A stretch of DNA of 64,000 nucleotides, from the NCBI GenBank assembly GCA_033442325.1, contig JAWQFM010000004.1, positions 428,979 through 492,978 on the forward strand. Reading direction: 5' to 3'. Made by a program: the position numbers and the translations under genes. Below, piece after piece: positions 27,563-39,357 of this stretch; position 1 is the stretch's first letter; each line of letters opens with the position of its first letter. Source of the DNA: Salpingoeca rosetta (Eukaryota; Protista; Choanoflagellata). Under the pieces are notes generated by a model, which saw nothing but the letters and a program-made list of their open reading frames with translations, was not told the origin of the DNA and did not search any database.

Positions 27563-29925
27563 ATGATGAGCACAACGGATAAGTTTGAGGAGGTGTATCA
27601 TCCACATCGCTCGTGCACATGCGAGCACACTCACCTGCTTGCATGTTCGGCGCTTTCATCCACAAAGACCGATCTAAATAGCGGTTTCGTGCGTGCACAG
27701 AAGGTGGTGAGATAAGCAAACGAGATCAAGCAGAGCCAGAGAGACAGACACGCCGCACCTACTTCTCCTTTTCGGTCGCAGCACGAACACACACACGCAC
27801 GCACACGCACACGCACACACACACGCACGCACACACGCACACGCACGCGCACACACACTTCTTGCCCTCCCATCCTCCACCAATCCTCCACCAAGCGACA
27901 ATAGCGCTCACTTTCCGAGCTGGCGAAACACCTCTGGCGCCAACAGCAGGCCTTGCTCCTCCAAACTGTGCAGATGCTGCCGCTGAAACCTGCACACGTG
28001 CGAGTGTGTGGGAGTGAGAGTGAGTGAGTGAGTGAGTGAGTGAGTGGGCGGGTGTGAACATGAGGGAGTGAGTGAGTGTGTGTGTGTGACCAAAACGCTG
28101 CGTACGTGCAGATGAAACCTTCCACCACACATGTGCAAACGCACGCAAACGCATGCACACGCACAATACCAACGCCCCCGCCCCCCACGCACTTCCCTCT
28201 CAATTTCGCCCACACCCCGACACTCGGCTGCCCTGTGCTGCAAACTCACTTGAACGACATGCACATCTCGACAAACGCGTTGCAGTCGATGACGCTGGCT
28301 GCTGTTGCCTTGAGTGCAGACTGGCTCGCTGTCGGGGCTACCAGGTGCCGTCGCCGCTGCCGCTGCCGCTGGCGCTCCGCCTCCCGCCACGCACGCATGG
28401 TTTCGTTATCATCATCACCATCATCACCATCACCATCACCATCGCCATCGCCGCTGCTGGTGTCATTGCTGCTGCTATTACGTGCATTGCCAGCACTGTC
28501 TACTGTGGTATCGTCACTGTCACCCACCTTCACCTGCTGCTGTTGTTGTTGTTGTTGTTGTTGTTGTTGCTGCTGCTGCTGCTGCTGCTGTGACATGCGG
28601 CGTTTTGCTTCGCCCGCGTCGCTGTTTCGCCGCCGCCCAGATATCGACCCGCTCTTCTCGCCCGTGTAGGCATCACCCAGCACATGCTGCACACCTCCAT
28701 TACCATCACCATCAACACGTCTGCCACCACCACCATCACCATCAACACGTCTGCCACCACCACCAACACCACCACCACCGCCTGACACCTTGCCACCGAG
28801 AGGGCTGGTTGGTGCGGAGAGGGATGGCACGGACGGGCCCCGGATGCCTGGACCAGGGTTCCGCAGCTCGTGGAAGCTGCTGCTGCGACTCGTCCGCCCC
28901 ATATCGCTGCACCCGCTATAGCGCAACTCCTCGCACAGCACGCGCGCATCCTTGTTGAACGACCGCCGGTGGAACATGCGCGTGACAAGACGCGACGCCA
29001 GGCCTGCGCGGACGCGAAGCACGGTGCCCTTGTGGAACAGATACCACGACTCAACCACGGCCAGCGCAGCCTTGTACAGGATCTTGCGGCCCTCTGCCAT
29101 GAAGATGTCAGTGAGTCTGACCACGGTCCAGAAGGGGAGGTCGTCGGCAAACCACGACAGCACGCCGCCGACCAGCGGGTGCTGCTGCGTCAACGGGTGC
29201 GCCTTCTCGTCGAGCCCAAAGTGCGCGCAGAAGGTTCGGTAGTGATCCGGCATGCACCGGCGCGCGATGGTGTCCAGCGCATGCAGCCGCGCCCATGATC
29301 CGGCGCGCGTGTCAATGAGCTGCCGCCGCGTGATGAGGGCAGATACGGTGGCAAACGCGTCGCGCTCGTCCATCCAGTGCAGGCACATGGCGGTGAGGAA
29401 CGGCGCGACCGGGCACAGCGTCGTCGATGGATGGCGCTCGTGCAGGCACTTGAGGACGCGGACGCACGACACCTGCTGCTGCGGGGTTGTGGTCAGCCTC
29501 AGGTAGTCATAGCTGCACCCAAATAGCTGGCCCATGGCAGTCACCTCCTCTGCGCTCGGCGCAGCAAGCACAGCAGCAGCAGGTGAAGAAGAACTTGCCT
29601 CGTTGCTGCTGGTGCTGTCAGCTGCAGTGGTCGTGTCAGTGGCTGTGTCAGTGTTGCTGTTGCTGTTGGTGGGGAGGAGGCTTGGGTCTGTCGTGCACGC
29701 TGCGGCGAGCGCTTCGTCAAAGGCCCGCGGCTCCCGCTCCAGGAGCCGGCTGCCGCCGCTCAGTCGAAGCCAGCACCGCCCGCGCATGCTGTCTGGCATG
29801 GCCGTGCGTCTTGCGACGCGCTGTGCCTCTGTGCGGTCCGTTGGCGATGCTGCCACCATCTCCCACGCCTCCTTTGCATCTTCAGCCAATGCTGGCCGCA
29901 CCCCGCCTCGTTCCACGTCACCCAT
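25937..29925 (-). CDS. TBC1D24: TBC (Rab-GAP) plus TLDc domain protein, TBC1D24/Skywalker-like
   Basis: TBC motifs MPDSMRGRCWLRLSG, TTLCPVAPFLTAMCLHWMDE, VVRLTDIFMAEGRKILYKAALA; TLDc exons SFHSLLSRS..PLLLLIRTDAGSTIGAYL..W and ICVGGGPDGHAIELDNDLSRGVSSASTTFASPPL..RVQLW. Confidence 0.85.
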
Positions 29926-30512
29926 ATCCTCGTTAGTGTGAGACTGTGAACACGCGCACGATACGGCGGTGTGTGTCTGTCTGCTTTGCACTCTCTTTGC
30001 CAAGTTGTTCGCGGAGCTGGGGCCGCAGGGTTCTCGCCCGTGCCACTTCTTCGCCCAGTGAACCAACCGCCCAGTGCACACCAGTGCTCGCTCACTCGGT
30101 TGCTCCACGTCTTGTGGTTGCTGTTCGTTGCACGCAGCACGGAGGGTTGGCAGGCTTGCTTGGCTGTGTTGCGTGCTCCTCCCGCTCGCTTCGTGCTTGC
30201 GAAGGCGATCCAGCGAAAATGATGAATCATTGCTGAAATTTATCGAACATTTTCAAGTAATCTTCCCAACTGCAACGCAGGCAACAGCAACGCGCAACAA
30301 CGCTCTCTCGCGCACTCACTCTCATCACACACACGTTGTCGTTCCCTCCAACCCTCCCCTTTCTCTTCAAGCAAGCAACCAACCAAGGCACTCAAAGACA
30401 CGTTTCTGTCAAACACACACACATACACATCCATTCTCTTTGAGTGAGAAGTACATACACAAACGCACTTCTGCAACCAACCACACACATCCACCCATTC
30501 ACACGACACGCC

Positions 30513-31770
30513 ATGGCGTTGTTGGCAAAGAACAAGGTGCGGAGTTATGGCACGACAACCGTGCTCAACCGCTCCGACATGTGCATCGAACACGATGTCC
30601 AAGATGGAGACTCACTGCAATCCCTTGCCATCAAATATGACGTCCCGGTACGTTCATTAGGGAGATGACAACAGAGTGCAGCGTAAGCGTTCTTGTTGGA
30701 AATGTTTTTACATGTGTGCATCCATGAGTGCACTCACATGTGAAACGCACGCGACAAGTCATCAACCACAAGTCATAACCATAACTGTGTTTACGTTTGA
30801 TGTTCGCTCACGCATTTGCACACGCACGCACGCACACGCACATGTATGTGCACACACACGCACGCACGCACGCACGCACGCACACATACATACAGGTGGA
30901 TCACATCCTTCACATGAACCGGCTCTTTGCAACAGACAGCATCCACCTGCGTAAGACGCTGTTGATACCGCAGTCGAAACAGAGCAAGTGGAAGGGCGAC
31001 GACAGCTTGGACGACGATGACGAGGAGTCCTTGGCGCTTGACGGCGATGAGCACTGGGCGCGCCACCCCCAGCAACCGCGACACAACACAGCAGCACACG
31101 ACGACTACGTCCACACACACGCGATGAACGACAAGACGCCCGCCCCAGCCACGCTGCACGTGGACGACTTTCTCAAGCAGTTTGACGAGCGCTTTGCCCT
31201 CGCAAAAACAGGCATCGAGACAAGTCTCAAGTGCGTACATGCACCTGTTTGCGTGTGTGTGTCTGTGTGTGTCTGTGTGTGTCTGTGTGTGTGTGTGTGT
31301 CTGTCTGTGTGACTATCTGTTCATCTGTGTGTGTCTGCATAATTGTGTCTATGGCAGCTGTACGCGTTCATGCCACTTGTCCTTGCGTCCTCCGTCTCCC
31401 CTCCCTCCCCCCACCTTACCCACCCTCACGCTCAACCCCACGCGCTCCCTGCTGCAGGCAAATGTCGGCGTCGGTGCAGTCTGCCGGGAACATGCCGCTG
31501 TCATCGTCCAGCTCACAGCCATCGTCGTCATCATCATCATCATCGCCGTCCTCATCATCATCGTCGTCGTCGTCGTCACGAACAAGGAAGACAGCGAGAG
31601 CGAAAGCGAAAGCAACCAAGTCAAAGCAGAAGAAGGCAGCCCCCGCCACCACCTTGTCATCATCGACATCATCATCACCATCCAAGCGTAAGGGCAAGCC
31701 TGCACGTGGCAGTCTGCAGGGTGGCGACCAGGCCCTCATTGAGAAGGACACGCATCTCTTTGAACTGTAA
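30513..31770 (+). CDS. LysM domain protein (LYSMD1/2-like)
   Basis: RSYGTT then HDVQDGDSLQSLAIKYDVP|VDHILHMNRLFATDSIHLRKTLLIP; three exons ending LFEL*. Confidence 0.9.
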
Positions 31771-31950
31771 CCGACAGATGCAAGCAACGCCGCTGTGATG
31801 TTGTGTGTGAGCGTGGTGCATGACTGGTTGCACACGCGCACCAAACACCCGTGCCGCCGTTTTGATTGATTATTTGCTTGGTGGCTGCCGCTGGGGCTGT
31901 GGGTGTGGCTGTCATTGTCATGAACCTTATGTATGCGCACCCGCGCGCGC

Positions 31951-32030
<80 letters not shown>

Positions 32031-32297
32031 AGGAGTGGATGAGTGGAGGAGTGGGTGTCATTTACTCATTTGCGCACGGCTGGTGATGCCGTGGGGACGT
32101 GAGATGCACTCGTTTGCACGCATGTACGCAATGGGACACGGATAAAAGAAGAGAACCAAGCCACTCAAAGACGAACACACACACACACACAACACACATG
32201 TACACATAACAACGGGTGTCACCACTTCGAGGCGTGCCTGCTTCACAGGTGTATCTGACATGCATGAAAAGCATGATGGTGGGTGGTTGGACGGCAA

Positions 32298-33295
32298 TCA
32301 CGACTTCTGCTGAACCGCCGCAAGTTGCTCCCTGCGAACAATGCAGCACGCACGTGTGAGCAGAACAGCGCGACAAAGGAAGCCGGGCAAACGACGACCG
32401 CAAGCCGGGAAAAGAGGGCAAGGGAAGATGAAGACGACAACAGTGGTGGACAGGGTGCAACAAACAGTGATGAGAGATAGGTGAAACGAAAGGTGGGTGC
32501 GGCTGTCAGCTGACACGCTGAAAACTACCAATATGGTGGTCACTCATGCACGTGTCATGTGTACGTGTTCCCACACCGAGGGGTGTGAAACACTCATGAC
32601 AACATCAGACACAATTTGTTGCAAATTGGGTTCACATCACCCAGCCACGCGACACAGGAACGAAGAAGGGGGAGAGAAGCGAGTGAAAATGTGTGTGTGT
32701 GTGTGTGTGTGTGCAATGGTTTTCGTGTGCATTGCAATCTGGCTTACTTGAGCTGCTTTGAAAAGTCGTCCTCCATGTTGTCGTCATCCCAGTCGTCTTC
32801 CCAGATGTGTGCGTCCTGTGGCAACTTCTCCGACTCGCCCCACTCTGCATGTGTGTGCGTGTGCGCGTGTGTGCGTGTGTGCGTGTGTGTGCATGTGCAT
32901 GTGTGCGTGTGTGTGCATGTGTGTGAGGGGACGATCGGTGGACACAGCGGCAGGTGCTGTGCTTCCTTTGAGCCCATGCAACAATCATCACCACGCATGG
33001 TGCCAACGGCAACGCAGTCAATCGACTGCAACCAGAACAAACGACCACAAGACAACCACAAGACAACCACAATACAACCACAAGACAACCACAAGACAAC
33101 CACAAGACAACCACAAGACAACCACAAGACAACCACAAGACAACCACAAGACAACCACTTTGCCCCCCCCCCCCCACACACACACACACACATCATCATC
33201 ATCATCGCCAGCAACCAACCTTCCGTTGCAAACTCCTCAAACTCGTCGTCCTCCTCCAGAAGCTGGACGGGGTTGGCTGGCTCCTTTGCAGACAT
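32298..33295 (-). CDS. SEM1: 26S proteasome subunit SEM1/DSS1
   Basis: MSAKEPANPVQLLEEDDEFEEFATE|EWGE..HIWEDDWDDDNMEDDFSKQLK|EQLAAVQQKS*. Confidence 0.96.
33043..33157 (+). repeat. 11-bp intronic minisatellite (ACCACAAGACA)n
   Basis: About 10 tandem copies inside SEM1 intron 1. Confidence 0.9.
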
Positions 33296-33667
33296 GTCGA
33301 TGTGTGTCGCTGGGGTGTGTGGCTGAGGCGGGTTGCTGAGCGACTTGTTGTTCTGTTTCTTGCTTGCTTGCTGTGCTTGTCGTTCGTTCGTTGGTTGTCG
33401 TTGCTGTTTGCGCTTTGCAGTGTGCCGAAAATGGAGTATTTGTTGCATTTGAGATGCCCTAAGTGTGCAATTTGCAAAAGTGGCGAAGGCAACAACATCC
33501 AAGCTGTTGTGGTGGTCGCGCACATCGAGCACCACCGACCATCATCGCCATCACCACACACCACTGCACCACATAGGCCGCACACATCCTCTTGCCTTGC
33601 CTTGCTGCTTGGAACCTTTGCAGCAGGGTGGTTTCCTTCCCTTTCTCGTGGCCTGGCGTGCTTGAGG

Positions 33668-33786
33668 ATGGGTGATGCTCGCCCACCCGGCGCCAGCGTA
33701 AGCGATTGGCAACAACAACATGCACGTTGCCACGTGCGCCTGTGGCATGCATGTGGCGGCCTGTGTATGTATGAATGAATGTGTGA

Positions 33787-33818
<32 letters not shown>

Positions 33819-35636
33819 GTGCTGAGTAGCTGTTCAAGTGTTTTGAGTGCGGTCACATTTATGGCTGATGCTGGCACGCGCATGCTGACTTCATGCCCGC
33901 CTACTCTTTTTTTTTTTTTTTGCTTTCCTCTTGTTTGCCTGGCGTGCAGGACACGGCCATGCAGCGGCGTGGCCTGGTTGCCAGCGAGACGGGCGGCATC
34001 GTGGCCATCGCTGTGCTCGATTCCCTCGCGCTCGCAGGCACATCCACGGGTGACATTGTTGTCTGGGACATGGACACCAACACCGTCAAAACAACCCTCA
34101 CAGGACACACAGAGAAGATTGCAGACATTGTCGTTGAACCAGCAGGTCCGTGAGACGTTGTGCGAAGGGAGAGAGGGTCATGCATGCTTATCGAGGCAAC
34201 ATTCCTGCACACACACACACACACACTCCTGCCCGCATATACACACTTACATACGCACACATGCGCGCATACACTCACTTACATACGCACACGTGCACAC
34301 ATTCACACACTCCTGCGCGCACACATGCACACACATGCACACATGCCCTCCCTATTACCCATACAACACCTGACTTGCATGCGTTACGTCACACCCACCC
34401 TCAACTCATGCACACTCTTTGCCTCCCCCCTCCTCACACACAAACACACACACACACACTCACAAACTCACACACACACACACGCACGCAACTGCACCCA
34501 CCAGGGCAACGTGCTGTGTCTGCGTCGTACGATGGCACGGCGCGCGTGTGGTGCCTGCTTGAGTTCACGTGCCTGCACGTGCTGGAGGGCCACGAGTCGT
34601 GGTTGCGCAGCGTGGATGTGTACGACGGCCTCGTCCTCACCGCCGGCGGAGACAACACGGCACGCGTGTGGAGCATCGACCGCGGCGTGCACGAGAACAC
34701 GCTGCTGGGCCACACAGACTGGGTCAAGGCCGTGCGCGTGCACCGGCCCGATCGCAGCGTGACGGTGACGGGGTCGTGGGATGCAACAGTACGCACGTGG
34801 TCAACAGACACGGGCTCGCTGCTCAAGACGGTCACGTGCGACAGCGCTGTGCGGTGCCTGTGCGACAACAGCAAGAAGCTGGAGGCTGTGGCCGGCTGTG
34901 TAAGCGGCTCCGTCTCCATCATCGACCTCTCCGTCGGGGTAATACGTGTGCAGCTGCTGCCACCGCAACACGACCCGACCAACGCCGTCCGCTCGCACAT
35001 GCACGCCATCCTCGCCGCCACCAGCGCGGCCACCGTGCACGTGTGGACGTGCGACGGCCCCTCCATTGGCGTGTTCAAGCAGCACACCGCCTTTGTCAAC
35101 GACGTATCCGTTGCCCCCGACGGCACGTGCGTATCTGTGGACGGGGAGGGCCACGTGTTTGCGTGGGAGATGGAGACGCGCCGTGTTCTGTTTGAGGACG
35201 CAACAGAAGCGCCCGCGTTATGCTGCACCGCCACAGGCAACGACGAGACAACCTGCCTCGCATGCGGCCTCGAAAAGTCAGTGTGCGTGTGCGCGTGTGT
35301 GTATGTGTGTGTGTGTGTGTGTATGTGTGTGTGTGCGGGTGTGCGGGTGTGTGGGGTGTGGGTGGGTGTGTGTGTATGTTTGTATGTGTGCGTGTCTGTG
35401 TGGGTGGGTGTGTTTGTAAGTATGCGTGTGCGTGTGTGTCTGTGTGTGTCTGCGTGTCTGTCTGTCTGCCTCTCTGTCTGGATGTGTGGCTTCACTTACG
35501 CCTTCCTTCCTCCCTCGCTCACTTGTCCATCCCGTGTACCTCCGAATGTCGCCATTGCCTGCAGCGGACGTGTGCTCTCCGTTCGCTTCGCCTCGCGTGA
35601 TGTGGACACGGAGAAGCCAGCAGACACTACCACAAG
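33668..35636 (+). CDS. WD40-repeat protein (3' end lost in the gap)
   Basis: [56 protein letters not shown]. Confidence 0.88.
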
Positions 35637-35640
35637 TCAG

Positions 35641-35735
<95 letters not shown>

Positions 35736-36022
35736 TGAAAAGAAGCAACTGTGTTGGCGTACCTGCTGTTCCAAGCTGCTCCCTATTTCTTCGTGTGCCC
35801 CCCCCCCAACCCCCTCGTTCGTACCGTGCTTCCTCCTGCTGTTTCTCTGCATTGCGTCCCCACACCCACACCCATATAAGGTTGGTGAGAAAATGCGTGT
35901 ATGGTCCGATTGCCGGGGAGATTTTGAGACGGGTACACAATAAAAGGCGGGTGGGAAAAAAGGATAATATGAATACTCGTAATGGAGATGATTTTTCATA
36001 GAGTTAGCGCGCATTCACATTT

Positions 36023-36687
36023 NNNNNNNNNNNNNNNNNNNNNNNNNNNNNNNNNNNNNNNNNNNNNNNNNNNNNNNNNNNNNNNNNNNNNNNNNNNNNN
36101 NNNNNNNNNNNNNNNNNNNNNNNNNNNNNNNNNNNNNNNNNNNNNNNNNNNNNNNNNNNNNNNNNNNNNNNNNNNNNNNNNNNNNNNNNNNNNNNNNNNN
36201 NNNNNNNNNNNNNNNNNNNNNNNNNNNNNNNNNNNNNNNNNNNNNNNNNNNNNNNNNNNNNNNNNNNNNNNNNNNNNNNNNNNNNNNNNNNNNNNNNNNN
36301 NNNNNNNNNNNNNNNNNNNNNNNNNNNNNNNNNNNNNNNNNNNNNNNNNNNNNNNNNNNNNNNNNNNNNNNNNNNNNNNNNNNNNNNNNNNNNNNNNNNN
36401 NNNNNNNNNNNNNNNNNNNNNNNNNNNNNNNNNNNNNNNNNNNNNNNNNNNNNNNNNNNNNNNNNNNNNNNNNNNNNNNNNNNNNNNNNNNNNNNNNNNN
36501 NNNNNNNNNNNNNNNNNNNNNNNNNNNNNNNNNNNNNNNNNNNNNNNNNNNNNNNNNNNNNNNNNNNNNNNNNNNNNNNNNNNNNNNNNNNNNNNNNNNN
36601 NNNNNNNNNNNNNNNNNNNNNNNNNNNNNNNNNNNNNNNNNNNNNNNNNNNNNNNNNNNNNNNNNNNNNNNNNNNNNNNNNNNNNNN
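36023..36687. other. Assembly gap (N run)
   Basis: Run of n characters flanked by atypical, probably low-quality sequence. Confidence 1.
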
Positions 36688-37160
36688 CGTGCAGGGCGAA
36701 AGGTGATGCAAGATAACATGCTCCAGCTCCTTTACGGACGTGCATTTCTGGAGGCGTGGACGCTTGCGGTGTCGGAGTCCCCATCCATCTGGCATGATCC
36801 GTTAAACTGGTCTAGCACTAGTTCTTGTCGCAGCAGTTAGTCCAAATAGTAATACATCCGAGTCGAAGAATGAACAACTTCCTACTTCATCCGCCTGCTC
36901 CTACGTGCTTTGGATATCAGTTCTTTCATCCATTTCCTGCACTAGCTTATACTCTACTACAGACTCAGTATGTGGTGTCGTCGCATAAGTGTTGCTTTGT
37001 CTCACTTCCATCGCTGACGCCGTAGTCTGCTTCCAACACTCCGACAGCGTGTCGTCACAACAGTATCTCTGAAATACAAAATAGCTTCAGCTCGCGGCAC
37101 GTAGTCTCGCGTTAATATCACTCACAAAAAAAAAAAAAAAAAAAAAAACACAAAAATCCA

Positions 37161-37244
<84 letters not shown>

Positions 37245-37866
37245 GCGCGACCCCTCGAGCTTGCCCTCTCCCCTCCCACACACATTTTCTTCACGACTGT
37301 CATGGTCATGATGTTACAATTGCCTTTGTCGTCGCAGTATTCAATACAGGAAGATGTCTTGCCCTTGTCGTCATGTCACACCATTGCAACACTACAAAAG
37401 GTGTGACTGACCGAGTTTGAGGGTGGAGGGGAAGCATGGGGTCAAATGTAACAAAACGGGAATGATATGAAAAATGAGTTCATGGACAACACCAACAATG
37501 TAACGGGTCGCGCAGGGCGAGACACCCGTGGCGTGTTGGCATGCGCAGTCAGCAATAAACTCACAGCAGGGCAATGGTCACGCGTAGATATGACGACATG
37601 TAACACACGCACACATGTGTACAGATTGCGATTACATGCACGAAAACACGCGAAGATTAAAGCCGAGAAAAGCACGCACGCACGTACGCACGCACTCTCA
37701 CGCACACATACATACAAACACACACTCTCTCACACGCACACACGCACGCACTCTCACACGCACACATGCAAGCACGCATACACACACGCACTCTCACGCA
37801 AATAACACACTCGCCGACATGCATTCATGCACTCACACACAAGCTCTCTCTCTCATACTGTGTATA

Positions 37867-38979
37867 CTACGCACACCAGCGTCCGCGCACGTGCTCATTA
37901 CACGGTACCCCGTTGGCTGCGTTCTTCTCCTTGTAGCGACGATGCATAAAGGGCAAGTCGTCCTCTTGTGGAACGCACGCGGAGACCACTGCTTGGCATC
38001 GGCGCACGTACGCCTCCTGTGTGCTCTGGATCACCTGCGCTTCCAACTGAAGCACGGGCGTGATGCGCGCGCTAAACGCTGTCCGATAGTGGTCGTATAT
38101 CCTGTAGTCCATCCACAGCACCTCGCGCGCGCGTGCCTTTGTTGCATCTGAGATGTCGGGCACGGGCGCATGCCACCGCTTCTGGTCGTTCCACACCATG
38201 TCCTCAAACTCGAGCCCAATGTACCGCCGCAGCATGGCCATGGACATGTACCACTCCTCTGTCAGCAGGACCAGGCTGATGCGTCGCTGTGCGGCATTGA
38301 AGGCTTCCTCGAATGCAGCCGGCTCCAGGAAGGGGTTGTCCGTGATGCCAAAGTCAAAGGCGTAGCTGAGCATCGTTTGCGCGCGTGTTGTCGTGGAGAG
38401 CGTCCGCGCAAAGGTGCGGTTGCCCATGAGGTCAAACAGCCTGTTCACTTCGCTGTCGGTCATGTATCTGAGGTCAAAGCCGGCCTCCCTTAGCTCAATG
38501 GGCAGGAAGAAGCGCAGGGCGCTGATGAGGCGCTTGAACGGGTCGCGCAGCAGCGAGAAGGTGGGCACGTCTTCGCCGAGGAACCGCTGCACCATGGCCT
38601 GGGAGGCCGCCGTGAACCGCATGTGCGAGATGCAGGCGGAGAAGTTGAGCTTGTCTGCGCCGTACAGCTGTCGTTCCGGGTCAACAAAGCTGTCGGGCCA
38701 CCCAATGCACGTGCTGCAGATGGCATGGCCGTCGTCGCCAAAGGCCGGGTACAGGCCTCGCCTCTCCAGGGCCTGCCCCAACAGCACCATCAACGTGGAT
38801 GACCCTGTCTTGTGTGTCTTGACAAACACAAAGCGCAGGTCAGAGTTGTTGCCATCCGTCTTCCCTCCTGCTTGTTGCTCAGTGCCACCAGCAGCAGCAG
38901 CGGCAGCAGCTAGCAGCAACACCAACGACGGGAGAGCAACAGTGAAGGCGAAGACGAGGCGGGGTAGCGTCGTCATCAT
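37867..38979 (-). CDS. Galactose-3-O-sulfotransferase (Gal3ST)-family sulfotransferase
   Basis: Intronless; N-terminal hydrophobic anchor; 5'-PSB FVFVKTHKTGSST, SHMRF, 3'-PB LLRDPFKRLISA, LVLLTE, DYRIYDHY. Confidence 0.9.
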   Translation of the reverse strand: MMTTLPRLVFAFTVALPSLVLLLAAAAAAAGGTEQQAGGKTDGNNSDLRFVFVKTHKTGSSTLMVLLGQALERRGLYPAFGDDGHAICSTCIGWPDSFVDPERQLYGADKLNFSACISHMRFTAASQAMVQRFLGEDVPTFSLLRDPFKRLISALRFFLPIELREAGFDLRYMTDSEVNRLFDLMGNRTFARTLSTTTRAQTMLSYAFDFGITDNPFLEPAAFEEAFNAAQRRISLVLLTEEWYMSMAMLRRYIGLEFEDMVWNDQKRWHAPVPDISDATKARAREVLWMDYRIYDHYRTAFSARITPVLQLEAQVIQSTQEAYVRRCQAVVSACVPQEDDLPFMHRRYKEKNAANGVPCNEHVRGRWCA

Positions 38980-39357
38980 CAAGGGCGGGTGCGCTCAACT
39001 GGAGCTCCGACAACACAAATTGCATCACAAGCGCGACCACCACCACCACCATCATGGTCCCGCCTGTAAAGATCTTTGGAGCGCTTTCCCGCCAAAATGG
39101 TTCTGTGAGTCTGTGCTGGTTTGATGGTTTGGTTTGAACGTCAACAAATGTGCGTGTTCAAACAACAGCGTCGGTAGGTCGGTGGTGCTGCTGCCGGTGT
39201 CTTCTCTCGCGCTACAGCCACACACAGACACACACACACAGACACACACACACACACATTTACACAACACACAACACACAACACACAACACACAACACAC
39301 AACACAACACACAACACACAACACAACACACAACACAACCACACAACACTGCGGGTG

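Noticed and set aside
35870-37126. Atypical sequence flanking the large gap and a poly(A) run (retroelement end?)
   Set aside because: No ORF, TSD or TE motif; consistent with degraded read ends after homopolymer or microsatellite slippage.
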